Of a DNA stretch of 33,266 nt, positions 1-9,747 are shown in pieces. The notes below the pieces were generated by a model. That model had not been told where the DNA came from. It made no database searches and saw only the letters and a list, made by a program, of their open reading frames with translations. The translations under genes were made by a program, and so were the position numbers. Origin of the DNA: Nitrospirales bacterium. Lineage in GTDB: Bacteria; Nitrospirota; Nitrospiria; Nitrospirales; NS-4. The stretch's first letter is position 1; every line of letters begins with the position of its first letter. Location: positions 1 to 33,266 of the forward strand of contig JAVHQA010000190.1 in NCBI GenBank assembly GCA_036170875.1, written 5' to 3'.

Positions 1-15
1 ACGCATATTATGCGT
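1..15. promoter_or_regulatory. Perfect 7-1-7 palindrome ACGCATA-T-TATGCGT, a candidate operator upstream of the fic promoter. The window edge may truncate its context.
   Basis: Read directly. The TGCGT/ACGCA core recurs at 1-5, 11-15, 31-35, 55-59 and 65-69. Confidence 0.35.
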
Positions 16-23
16 ATAATATA

Positions 24-52
24 TTGACTTTGCGTTGATTGATCGCCATAAT
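24..52 (+). promoter_or_regulatory. Sigma70-like promoter TTGACT-N17-CATAAT for the Fic gene
   Basis: -35 TTGACT at 24-29, a 17-nt spacer, and -10 CATAAT at 47-52. The ATG at 64 lies only about 4-5 nt after the expected transcription start and has no Shine-Dalgarno (SD) sequence, so the mRNA is near-leaderless. Confidence 0.45.
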
Positions 53-53
53 A

Positions 54-70
54 TACGCACTATATGCGTA
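54..70. promoter_or_regulatory. Inverted repeat TACGCA-N5-TGCGTA overlapping the fic start codon (candidate operator)
   Basis: Read directly. It shares the TATGCGT half-site with the 1-15 palindrome. Confidence 0.3.
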
Positions 71-1203
71 GGATAATTCAGCACATCTACAATCATCCGG
101 ATTGGCCCAGGTTTAATTGGGATCGAGAGAGCCTTGCCGAACGCCTGTCCGTCGTTCGCCACGAACAGGGCCGTTTGCTGGGACGGATGGAAGCTCTCGG
201 CTTCAAGCTGCGTCAGGAGGCGGTCCTCAAAACCCTCACGGAGGACGTGCTCAAGAGCAGCGAAATTGAGGGCGAACACCTGGACATAGAACAGGTCCGT
301 TCATCGATCGCGCGCCGCCTCGGCATGGACGTTGGTGGTCTTAAGCCCGTCGACCGGAACGTGGAGGGAGTCGTTGAAATGATGCTGGACGCCACGCGCC
401 ACTACGAGCAACCGCTCACCGTAGAACGGCTGTTCGCATGGCATGCGTCCCTGTTTCCGACGGGCCGGAGCGGGATGAGCCGGATCAGGGTCGGCGCCTG
501 GCGTGATGACAGCAGCGGTCCTATGCAAGTCGTCTCCGGTGCGGTCGGCCGGGAGCGCGTGCATTTCGAGGCGCCGGCCGTCGGAAGGCTCGACCGGGAG
601 ATGCAGGTTTTCCTGGATTGGTTTAATGAAAACACTGCGACTGATTGGGTCACGAAGGCCGGGCTTGCGCATCTCTGGTTTGTGACAATTCATCCGTTCG
701 GCGACGGCAACGGCCGCATCGCACGGGCTATTACCGATATGGCGCTCGCACGCTCCGAACAAAGTGCGCAACGCTTCTATAGCATGTCGGCGCAGATCCG
801 TCAGGAGCGCGCCACATATTACGACGTCCTGGAGAGAACGCAGAAGGGAACGATGGACATCACGCCCTGGATGGATTGGTTCCTGGGGTGCCTGGGCCGC
901 GCCATCGAAGGCGCGCAAGCCACTCTCGCGGCCGTCCTCTCCAAAGCGCGCTTTTGGGAAACCTGTGCTGATTTCCCACTGAACGAGCGCCAGCGCCTTG
1001 TGCTGAACCGCCTCCTCGACGGCTTCGAGGGGAAGCTCACAACATCGAAATGGGCGAAGCTCGCGAAATGTTCCCACGACACCGCGCTGCGTGACATCCT
1101 GGCTCTCGTCGAACGCGGCATACTTGTTCGAAATCCGGGAGGCGGCCGCAGCACTAGCTATGGCCTCGCAAGCATTCCAGAGCTTACCAAGAAAAACCAG
1201 TAG
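64..1203 (+). CDS. Fic family protein (class II, with an N-terminal inhibitory helix and a C-terminal winged-helix-like tail)
   Basis: Canonical Fic motif HPFGDGNGRIAR (aa 210-221, nt 691-726). Inhibitory motif S-x-x-x-E-G within KSSEIEGE (aa 65-70). The N-terminus has HPDWPRFNWD, typical of this Fic subfamily. Confidence 0.9.
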   Translation: MRRIIQHIYNHPDWPRFNWDRESLAERLSVVRHEQGRLLGRMEALGFKLRQEAVLKTLTEDVLKSSEIEGEHLDIEQVRSSIARRLGMDVGGLKPVDRNVEGVVEMMLDATRHYEQPLTVERLFAWHASLFPTGRSGMSRIRVGAWRDDSSGPMQVVSGAVGRERVHFEAPAVGRLDREMQVFLDWFNENTATDWVTKAGLAHLWFVTIHPFGDGNGRIARAITDMALARSEQSAQRFYSMSAQIRQERATYYDVLERTQKGTMDITPWMDWFLGCLGRAIEGAQATLAAVLSKARFWETCADFPLNERQRLVLNRLLDGFEGKLTTSKWAKLAKCSHDTALRDILALVERGILVRNPGGGRSTSYGLASIPELTKKNQ

Positions 1204-1240
1204 CCTGTTCAGAAAATGCCGCCTCTGGGCGTTCAGCCCA

Positions 1241-1267
1241 AGCTGTCCCCGTGCCTAGCGGACAGCT
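1241..1267. terminator. 8-bp stem hairpin AGCTGTCC-N11-GGACAGCT between the convergent fic and PIN genes
   Basis: The inverted repeat was read directly. There is no clear U-tract on either strand. Confidence 0.3.
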
Positions 1268-1287
1268 CTTCATCGCGGGTTTTGAAT

Positions 1288-1806
1288 TCACGGCGCGGCC
1301 GGCAGCTTCAAGTCCGTTGGCGCGTACACTTTGATTTCCTTGATCGCACGGAACCGACCGTCGGCCGAGGCAAGCGCGTCTGCGCCGAGGCGCAGGGCGA
1401 TGGCCAGAATAATGGAATCGTTGGTCAGGAACCCGTGGCGTTCTTGAATCTGGAAGGCGTCCTCGGTCAAGTCTGACCGGGTGCACGCTTCAAACCCCAG
1501 ACCCATCGTCAACAAGGCCTGAACTTTCTCCCTGTACGCAGTCAATCGTTTCACCACGTCCGGCTTGCCTGCGAGCTGCCGGGACGGATTTCCTCCGGTG
1601 ATCTGCCCGAGCACGTGGGCCTCGGTCAGCATCAGCTTATGCGTCAGCTCTTGCCAGACCGGCTGAGGCAGGACACCGAGCAGTTCGCGCTTTTCGATGC
1701 GCCGGAGCAGGCGCTGGGCCTGTGCAGAAGAGCCCTGTTCGGCATAGAGCAGCACGTTGGTGTCCAAGACGCACAGGCTGCCGTTGGGAATATTGTCGAG
1801 GCTCAT
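1288..1806 (-). CDS. PIN-domain ribonuclease toxin (VapC-like, unusually long at 172 aa)
   Basis: LDTNVLL near the N-terminus supplies the first acidic residue, followed by WQEL, TNDS and SADG acidic positions in PIN-like order. It overlaps the upstream small gene by 4 nt. Confidence 0.75.
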   Translation of the reverse strand: MSLDNIPNGSLCVLDTNVLLYAEQGSSAQAQRLLRRIEKRELLGVLPQPVWQELTHKLMLTEAHVLGQITGGNPSRQLAGKPDVVKRLTAYREKVQALLTMGLGFEACTRSDLTEDAFQIQERHGFLTNDSIILAIALRLGADALASADGRFRAIKEIKVYAPTDLKLPAAP

Positions 1807-2045
1807 ACGTCCCAGGCGTCCTCTTCCAGAACTTGGCGGAACTGTTTGGGCGTCAACTTGAATGGGTTGTTACAAAACAGATTATAGGCAGCCTCACGCT
1901 CTTTCGGGTGAGCCGCTCCAGCATGGAGGTATCGGATTAACGCATCTTGTATCACGTCACTCATCGGCCGACCTTCCTCAGCCGCTCGCCGCTTCGCAAG
2001 CCGCATGACTTCGTCTTCAATCAACGTCCCGACCTTTCGTTTCAT
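1803..2045 (-). CDS. Ribbon-helix-helix (CopG/Arc-like) antitoxin partner of the PIN toxin
   Basis: 80 aa. The N-terminal KVGTLIEDEVMRLAKRRAAEEGRPMSDVIQDALIRYL fits a beta-alpha-alpha RHH pattern. There is an AAGGAG SD 8 nt upstream and an ATGA overlap with the toxin gene. Confidence 0.65.
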   Translation of the reverse strand: MKRKVGTLIEDEVMRLAKRRAAEEGRPMSDVIQDALIRYLHAGAAHPKEREAAYNLFCNNPFKLTPKQFRQVLEEDAWDV

Positions 2046-2099
2046 AACCCATACTCCTTAGACACCGCGCCAACAGGAAAGCCTAATCGTCTAATGTCA

Positions 2100-2128
2100 A
2101 GGCTAGACTAGAATTCTAGACGTGTCAA
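2100..2128 (-). promoter_or_regulatory. Candidate TA promoter TTGACA-N17-TAGCCT with the 12-bp palindrome CTAGAATTCTAG in the spacer (operator)
   Basis: -35 at 2123-2128 and -10 at 2100-2105 on the minus strand. Perfect palindrome at 2108-2119. TAGAC/GTCTA repeats at 2089-2093, 2104-2108 and 2117-2121. Confidence 0.4.
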
Positions 2129-2214
2129 GAAATCGTACGGTTTTGAAGCTGAAAACGGGACAGGGCACGGTTTGTCGGATGAAAAATAGGAGCGAAAAGG
2201 TAAGCAGGAAGACG

Positions 2215-2637
2215 CTAGCGCGCCTGGCTCTTTTGCGTGCGCTCGGCGATCTTCTTGCGGAGGCGGGCTTTTTCCAGACTGATTTGGGCTTCCTTGACCT
2301 CGGACGGCAACCCGCCCGTTTCGAGACGACGCTGTGCCTTCTCCACTGCGTCCTGCGCCCGTTCCACGTCAATCTCTTCGGCCTTTTCCCCAATTTCCGC
2401 CAGGATCGTCACCTTGTGGGGCGTGACTTCGGCGAATCCCCAGAGCACAGCCATGAAGTGCGTGATGCCGCTCACCCGGTAGCGGAGTTCGCCGATCTTG
2501 AGCGTCGAAAGAAAGTGGCAGTGCCCCGGCAGAACGCCGAATTCCCCTTCGGCGCCGGGACAGGTGACTTCGTCCACCTCCTGGCTCAGAAGGAGTTTTT
2601 CCGGGGTCACGACTTCAAGTAACAGTTTGCCGGCCAT
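2215..2637 (-). CDS. atpC: F1 ATP synthase epsilon subunit
   Basis: 140 aa with N-terminal LLLEVVTPEK. It is the last gene after atpD. Confidence 0.9.
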   Translation of the reverse strand: MAGKLLLEVVTPEKLLLSQEVDEVTCPGAEGEFGVLPGHCHFLSTLKIGELRYRVSGITHFMAVLWGFAEVTPHKVTILAEIGEKAEEIDVERAQDAVEKAQRRLETGGLPSEVKEAQISLEKARLRKKIAERTQKSQAR

Positions 2638-2648
2638 ATCGTGCCTGC

Positions 2649-4130
<1,482 letters not shown>

Positions 4131-5000
4131 TTATTTCAATGCTTCGGCTCCGCCCACAATATCCATCAGTTCCTTGGTGATGGCCGCTTGCCGCGTCTTG
4201 TTGTAATAGAGGGTCTGTTTCTTGATCAGCTCGCCGGCGTTCTTGACCGCGCCGTCCATGGCGGTCATCCTCGCCGCCTGCTCGGCCGCAGCGGATTCAA
4301 GCAGGACGCGGTAGGTAAGGATGTACATGAGCTGCGGCAACGCATTTAAGAACTCCTTGCCGCTCGGCTCGTACAGGTACCCGCCCCACTCCGCCTGGTT
4401 CGGGGCCGCCTCGGCAGGGTCGAGTTCAAGCGGCAGCGCTTTTCTCACAAAGAGCTCCTGCTGCATGACGGACTTAAATTTATTGTAGACCGTATAGAAC
4501 TCATCGAAGCTTCCCTTTGTATACTCCTCGATCAAGTCCTGTCCGATGTCCTCCGCGTGTTCAAATGTCAGGCGATCGAACACGCCCGGCCATTGCCGGA
4601 AGATCGGCCACTGCCGCCGCTTGAAGAAGTCGATCCCTTTTCGGCCGACGATCGCGACGCTGACCTGGGCTCCACGGGCTTCATGCTCGCGTATGATTTC
4701 GACCGCCTTGCGCAGCACGTTCGCATTGAACGCCCCGCAGAGCCCGCGATCGCTTGTCACCGCCGCAACGACCACTTTGTTGCCCGGGCGCTTGGCAAAC
4801 AAGGGATGCGCCGCACGATCCACCCGCTGGCTTACACGCTCCAGCAGCGCCCTGACTCTCACCGCGTACGGACGCGCCGCGAGAATGCGCTCCTGCGCGC
4901 GCCTGAGTTTCGACGCGGCCACCATTTTCATGGCTTTCGTGATCTTCTGCGTATTCTTGACGGCGGTAATTTTCCGCCGCAGCGCTTGGAGACTTGCCAT
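4131..5000 (-). CDS. atpG: F1 ATP synthase gamma subunit
   Basis: N-terminal LRRKITAVKNTQKITKAMKMVAASKLRRAQ and C-terminal ITKELMDIVGGAEAL. Confidence 0.95.
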   Translation of the reverse strand: MASLQALRRKITAVKNTQKITKAMKMVAASKLRRAQERILAARPYAVRVRALLERVSQRVDRAAHPLFAKRPGNKVVVAAVTSDRGLCGAFNANVLRKAVEIIREHEARGAQVSVAIVGRKGIDFFKRRQWPIFRQWPGVFDRLTFEHAEDIGQDLIEEYTKGSFDEFYTVYNKFKSVMQQELFVRKALPLELDPAEAAPNQAEWGGYLYEPSGKEFLNALPQLMYILTYRVLLESAAAEQAARMTAMDGAVKNAGELIKKQTLYYNKTRQAAITKELMDIVGGAEALK

Positions 5001-5019
5001 GGTCGAGTGCGGCCGGTGC

Positions 5020-6540
5020 TTAGCTCTGGGCTCCGAAGCCCATCTTCTGCTTGAACGTCACGACGATCTGTTTCAGCTCAGCGGCCAGCGCATCGTCAAT
5101 CTTCGGCTTGGTCGTCAGCGCCTTCCTGGTTTCCGGGTGATGCTGTGCGACGTAGCGCAAGAGTTCGTCTTCGAACTCACTGATCTTTTTGGTCGGGACA
5201 TCATCCAGGAACCCGTTCACGCCGGCGAAAATCGACATCACCTGGTCCGCAACCGGCATGGGTTTGTATTGGCCCTGCTTGAGCAGTTCCACCATGCGGA
5301 CGCCCCGATTCAACTGGGCCTGCGTTGCCTTATCGAGATCGCTGCCGAACTGCGCGAACGCCGCCATCTCGCGGTATTGCGCCAGGTCCAATCGCAACGT
5401 TCCGGCAACCTGCTTCATCGTCTTGATCTGCGCGGACCCGCCGACGCGGGAGACGGACAGTCCGACGTTGATCGCGGGCCGGACGCCCGAATAGAACAGG
5501 TCGCTCGCCAGGTAAATCTGGCCGTCGGTGATGGAGATGACGTTCGTGGGAATATAGGCCGAGACGTCGCCCGCCTGCGTTTCAATGATCGGCAGCGCCG
5601 TCAAACTGCCGCCGCCCAGTTTGTCGCTGAGCTTGGCCGCGCGCTCCAGCAGGCGGGAGTGGAGATAGAACACGTCGCCGGGATAGGCTTCGCGGCCGGG
5701 GGGGCGCCGGAGCAGGAGCGACAGCTCCCGGTACGCGGTCGCGTGCTTTGAGAGGTCGTCGTAGATGATCAGGGCGTGCTGGCCGCTATCGCGGAAGTAC
5801 TCGCCTATGGCCGCGCCGGCAAAAGGTGCGAGGTACTGCATCGAGGCCGGGTCGCTCGCCGTGGCCGACACCACGATGCTGTATTCCATCGCGTGATGCT
5901 CTTCCAGCGTCTTGACGACACGGGCCACCGTGGACCGCTTCTGCCCGATCGCCACATAGATGCAGAAGACATTCAGACCCTTCTGGTTGATGATCGTGTC
6001 CACCGCGATCGCCGTCTTGCCGGTTTGACGGTCACCGATGATCAGCTCGCGCTGTCCCCGTCCGATGGGGATCATGGCATCGATGGACTTGATGCCTGTC
6101 TGCAAGGGCTCCCGTACAGACTGCCGTTGGAGGACGCCGGGCGCGCGCACTTCGATGAGCCGGGACTCGGTCGCCTTGATCGGGCCCTTGCCGTCCAGCG
6201 GAACCCCAATCGCATCCACGACACGGCCGACGAGCGCGTTGCCCACGGGAACCTCTGCGATGCGACCGGTCCGCTTTACCGGATCGCCCTCCTTGATGCC
6301 GGTACAGACGCCCATGAGCACGGCGCCGACGTTATCCTCTTCGAGATTGAGCGCAATGCCATACACGCCGCCGGGGAATTCGAGCATCTCGCCGGCCATC
6401 GCGCCTTCCAGGCCGTAGACTTTGGCGATGTTGTCGCCGACCTGGAGCACGGACCCGACCTGGGCCACATCCACCTGCTTCTCGAAGGACTTGACCTGAT
6501 CCCGGATGATTGCGCTGATCTCTTCCGCTTTGATCTGCAT
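5020..6540 (-). CDS. atpA: F1 ATP synthase alpha subunit
   Basis: Walker [10 protein letters not shown]. 506 aa. Confidence 0.98.
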   Translation of the reverse strand: MQIKAEEISAIIRDQVKSFEKQVDVAQVGSVLQVGDNIAKVYGLEGAMAGEMLEFPGGVYGIALNLEEDNVGAVLMGVCTGIKEGDPVKRTGRIAEVPVGNALVGRVVDAIGVPLDGKGPIKATESRLIEVRAPGVLQRQSVREPLQTGIKSIDAMIPIGRGQRELIIGDRQTGKTAIAVDTIINQKGLNVFCIYVAIGQKRSTVARVVKTLEEHHAMEYSIVVSATASDPASMQYLAPFAGAAIGEYFRDSGQHALIIYDDLSKHATAYRELSLLLRRPPGREAYPGDVFYLHSRLLERAAKLSDKLGGGSLTALPIIETQAGDVSAYIPTNVISITDGQIYLASDLFYSGVRPAINVGLSVSRVGGSAQIKTMKQVAGTLRLDLAQYREMAAFAQFGSDLDKATQAQLNRGVRMVELLKQGQYKPMPVADQVMSIFAGVNGFLDDVPTKKISEFEDELLRYVAQHHPETRKALTTKPKIDDALAAELKQIVVTFKQKMGFGAQS

Positions 6541-6555
6541 CCTTGCGCTCCTTCT

Positions 6556-7095
6556 CTAAGCTTTCGCGAGGGCCAACCGCAGCCGCGACAGTTGGCTGCG
6601 GACCGTCCCGTCATATACCGTGCTGCCGATCCGGATGCGCAGCCCGCCGATCACGGCGGGGTCAACGTGGACCGCGAGGTCAACCTGGCTGCGCGTGACC
6701 TGCTCGAGCTGCGCGCGGAGGACGGCTTGCTGCTCGTCCGTGAGCGGTCGGGCCGCCGACACCTCGACGACCTTGCGATTGGAGACCTGGTCGGCGAATT
6801 TGCCGTATTCTTCGCTTATCTCACGGATATGGGCGATCCGGTTCTTGTGGACGACGTGGGTAAGGAACCGGCCGGTGATCGGCGGGCATCCGGCCCTGGC
6901 CGCAAGCTGGGCAATGACGGCGGCTTGCTGCTCTGGGGTGAAGACCGGGCTCAGCAACAGGTTCCGGAACTCGCGCGAGGTCGTAAAGGCCTCGGCCAGC
7001 ACCTTGAGGGTGGCCGCAGTCGGGCCGATCTCAGCAGGCTCCTGCAACTCGAACAGGGCCTTTGCGTAACGTCGTGCAATCGCCGTCTGAATCAC
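6556..7095 (-). CDS. atpH: F1 ATP synthase delta (OSCP) subunit, GTG start
   Basis: 179 aa with IARRYAKALF at the N-terminus, positioned upstream of atpA. Confidence 0.9.
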   Translation of the reverse strand: MIQTAIARRYAKALFELQEPAEIGPTAATLKVLAEAFTTSREFRNLLLSPVFTPEQQAAVIAQLAARAGCPPITGRFLTHVVHKNRIAHIREISEEYGKFADQVSNRKVVEVSAARPLTDEQQAVLRAQLEQVTRSQVDLAVHVDPAVIGGLRIRIGSTVYDGTVRSQLSRLRLALAKA

Positions 7096-7157
7096 GTTCC
7101 CGCTAACCGCCTTCTATGATGAGATTTCGAGCTTGCAGGCTCACTCACAGGGGGCGA

Positions 7158-7186
7158 ACCTTAGCACGAAAAGCTAATGCCGTCAA
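7158..7186 (-). promoter_or_regulatory. Candidate atpH promoter TTGACG-N17-TAAGGT
   Basis: -35 at 7181-7186 and -10 at 7158-7163 on the minus strand. It lies inside the loop of the 8-bp inverted repeat GGGGCGAA(7151-7158)/TTCGCCCC(7191-7198). Confidence 0.35.
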
Positions 7187-7201
7187 GCACTTCGCCCCGT
7201 T

Positions 7202-8290
7202 TTAGTCCCTGCCTTTTCCGGCCTCGATAATGCCGCCGCCCAAGACCCGCTCACCCTGGTAAAAAACCGCAGACTGCCCCGGACTGAGGGCCCGCTGTGG
7301 CACATCAAATTCAACGCGGAGGCGTCCCTCATCAAGCGGCCAGATGGTTGCCGGGACCGCCGGGCTGGCGTACCGGACCTTCACCTGAGCCCGGGCCGGC
7401 GCATCAATAGGATCCATGCCGATGAGATTCAGATCGCCGACGGTGCACGAGGCCCCCAGCAGGTCCTCCTCCCGGCCCACCACCACGGTATTGCTGGCGG
7501 TATCCACGCGGACGACGTACAGCCGCTGTTCCGCAGAAAGTCCCAGTCCGCGCCGCTGGCCCGGCGTATAGAAGGGCACCCCACGGTGTGTTCCCACCAC
7601 CGTGCCGTCCGTTCCGATGAACGCGCCGGGCCGCGCGGCCTGCGGGGCTTCCTCTTCGAGAAAGCCGCGATAGTCGCCTTTCGTCACGAAACAAATCTCC
7701 TGGCTCTCCTTCAGGTCGTCGGCCGGCAAGTCGAGCGCTTCGGCCCTGGACCAGACTTCGTCCTTGTGCATGCCCCCCACGGGGAAGAGGAGGCGGGGAA
7801 GCCAGCCCTTGTTCAGGCGGTAGAGAAAATAGCTCTGGTCCTTTCTGGGATCGCCGCCCTTATGGAGGTGCAGGCGTCCTTCCGCATCCGGCAACACTTG
7901 CGCATAATGGCCCGTCGCGACATAGTCCGCCCCCAGTTCCCGGGCCGCATCCACCAGGCAGCCGAACTTCACCCGCTCGTTGCACCGGACGCAGGGATTT
8001 GGCGTCAAGCCCGAGAGATACCCCTCGATGAAGTCCTGCACCACGGCCGCGCGGAAATGATCGCGGATGTCGATCACCCGGTGCGGGATGCTCAACCGTT
8101 CGGCGACATAGCGGGCGATGCCGATCTTGCAGCAGCCGCGCTCCTGCCACTTCTTCGAGGTCGTCTCGTTGTCCTCGGTGTCCCAGGTCTGGAGGGTGAC
8201 GCCCTGCACCTGATAGCCCTGGTCCACCAGCAGCGCCGCGGCAACGGAGCTGTCCACGCCGCCCGACATGCCCACAACGACAGACTTCAT
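7202..8290 (-). CDS. mnmA: tRNA-specific 2-thiouridylase (s2U34 synthase)
   Basis: PP-loop SGGVDSS at the N-terminus. 362 aa. Confidence 0.95.
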   Translation of the reverse strand: MKSVVVGMSGGVDSSVAAALLVDQGYQVQGVTLQTWDTEDNETTSKKWQERGCCKIGIARYVAERLSIPHRVIDIRDHFRAAVVQDFIEGYLSGLTPNPCVRCNERVKFGCLVDAARELGADYVATGHYAQVLPDAEGRLHLHKGGDPRKDQSYFLYRLNKGWLPRLLFPVGGMHKDEVWSRAEALDLPADDLKESQEICFVTKGDYRGFLEEEAPQAARPGAFIGTDGTVVGTHRGVPFYTPGQRRGLGLSAEQRLYVVRVDTASNTVVVGREEDLLGASCTVGDLNLIGMDPIDAPARAQVKVRYASPAVPATIWPLDEGRLRVEFDVPQRALSPGQSAVFYQGERVLGGGIIEAGKGRD

Positions 8291-8296
8291 CGAACT

Positions 8297-8746
8297 TTAC
8301 AGCGCCTCCCCGCGATGAGAAATGCGAACCTTGGGCGCCTGGGTTGCAGCCTCGCGAACCTCTTCCGCTCCCTTTTTCCTGGCGCGGCCCTCCGACTCGC
8401 AGGTTCCGTGAAAGCTCACGCCCTCGTCCATTTGCACGAGAGGGGCGATCACGTCCCCGCGCAGCACAGCGGTCGGGAGAAAGTGCACTTTCTCCGTCGC
8501 CATCACGTTCCCAGTGATCTTCCCGCCGCTGACGATCGTGCCGGCGCTGACGTCCCCTTCGATGACCGCATGCTCGCCCAGGATAATGGTTCCGCTCGAA
8601 CGGATTTCCCCCGCTACCGAGCCATCGATACGGACCGTGCCCTCGAAGGTCAGCGTCCCCTTGAACTCGAACCCGCGCGCCAGGAAGGTGAAGGTTTCCT
8701 TCCCCTCCGGCGGGATTTCTTTCTTCTTGCCTTTTGTTTCGAACAT
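8297..8746 (-). CDS. Bactofilin (DUF583) paralog 3
   Basis: Beta-helical repeat pattern FEGTVRIDGSVAGEI...GEHAVIEGDV...GGKITGNV. Basic N-terminus MFETKGKKK. Confidence 0.9.
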   Translation of the reverse strand: MFETKGKKKEIPPEGKETFTFLARGFEFKGTLTFEGTVRIDGSVAGEIRSSGTIILGEHAVIEGDVSAGTIVSGGKITGNVMATEKVHFLPTAVLRGDVIAPLVQMDEGVSFHGTCESEGRARKKGAEEVREAATQAPKVRISHRGEAL

Positions 8747-8769
8747 ACCTGCCAGACCCTTTATATAGC

Positions 8770-9213
8770 CTACGCCCCGCGAGCCCGCGACACCCCTTGC
8801 TGCGGCTGCTGGACCGTCTCTCTCGCCCCTTCCAGGGTCCTGACCTCGCCCCGTCCCACCGCTTCGCAGTTGCCCATGAACCGGACGCCCTCCTCCACCG
8901 ACAGCAGGGGGGTCTTGATGGTCCCGAGCACGATCCCGGTGGAGAGCAGCTGGACCTTTTCCTTGGCGATGATATTGCCGGTGACTCGCCCTCCGCTGAT
9001 CACCACATCAGCACTGACGTCTCCTTCGATGACGGCATGCTCGCCCACGACGAGCGTGCCTTTCGTGTGGATCTCTCCTTCGAGCCGGCCGTCGATGCGG
9101 ATCGTGCCTTCGAAGGTGACGATCCCTTTAAAGTTGGATCCTTTGCCGAGAAACGTGAACGATTCCTCGCCGTTCATCGTGTAGGGATTGTTCTTTTGTT
9201 TTTTTGACCACAT
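8770..9213 (-). CDS. Bactofilin (DUF583) paralog 2
   Basis: FEGTIRIDGRLEGEIHTKGTLVVGEHAVIEGDV...GGRVTGNI. N-terminus MWSKKQKNN. Confidence 0.9.
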   Translation of the reverse strand: MWSKKQKNNPYTMNGEESFTFLGKGSNFKGIVTFEGTIRIDGRLEGEIHTKGTLVVGEHAVIEGDVSADVVISGGRVTGNIIAKEKVQLLSTGIVLGTIKTPLLSVEEGVRFMGNCEAVGRGEVRTLEGARETVQQPQQGVSRARGA

Positions 9214-9226
9214 GGGCGCCCCTTTT

Positions 9227-9703
9227 TTATCCCGCCGTCTTCATCGTCGAGCTGACGCGAATAGGCGTGACCGAGCCGCCGGCCTGAGATTTGCCGGCCT
9301 CGGCCTGTTCGGCCTTGGCCATCTCCAGACTCCCGTTAAAGAGTACCCCCTCCTCGATGGAGAGTAGCGGCGCCTTGACGGAGCCGTTCAGCACGGCCGG
9401 CGACTCGAGGCGGACCTTTCCGGATGCCACGATGTCCCCCGTGATCTTGCCCCGACAGATCACCGTGCCGGCGGTGATCTGCGCCGTGAGGACGGCATCC
9501 TCCCCAACGACCAGCACGCCCTCGGTGTGGATCTCCCCGTCCAGGCGGCCATCGACGCGGACCGTCCCGTTGTAGGTGATCACGCCTTTGAACTCGACGC
9601 CCCTGCCGATGAAGGCGATCACTTCCTCTTCCTGGCTGCCCGCCGAAGGCCGCCCCTCCAGATCCTCATCCTGCTTCTCAGCGTCGTCGCCCCTTTTCCA
9701 CAT
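9227..9703 (-). CDS. Bactofilin (DUF583) paralog 1, with an acidic N-terminal tail
   Basis: YNGTVRVDGRLDGEIHTEGVLVVGEDAVLTAQI...RGKITGDI. GGAGA SD 7 nt upstream. It starts 44 nt after the parB stop. Confidence 0.9.
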   Translation of the reverse strand: MWKRGDDAEKQDEDLEGRPSAGSQEEEVIAFIGRGVEFKGVITYNGTVRVDGRLDGEIHTEGVLVVGEDAVLTAQITAGTVICRGKITGDIVASGKVRLESPAVLNGSVKAPLLSIEEGVLFNGSLEMAKAEQAEAGKSQAGGSVTPIRVSSTMKTAG

Positions 9704-9747
9704 AGCTAAATCTCCCCATGTATAGTTACTTGCATTTATTTACTGTC

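Noticed and set aside
2130-2214. A search for an intrinsic terminator after atpC
   Set aside because: The apparent CGGTTTT...AAAACGG repeat is not self-complementary, and no convincing stem plus U-tract was found.
8297-9703. The three bactofilin genes as a recent DNA-level tandem duplication or repeat array
   Set aside because: The similarity is at the protein-domain level only. The N- and C-terminal tails and the nucleotide sequences have diverged, so these are old paralogs and not a repeat element.
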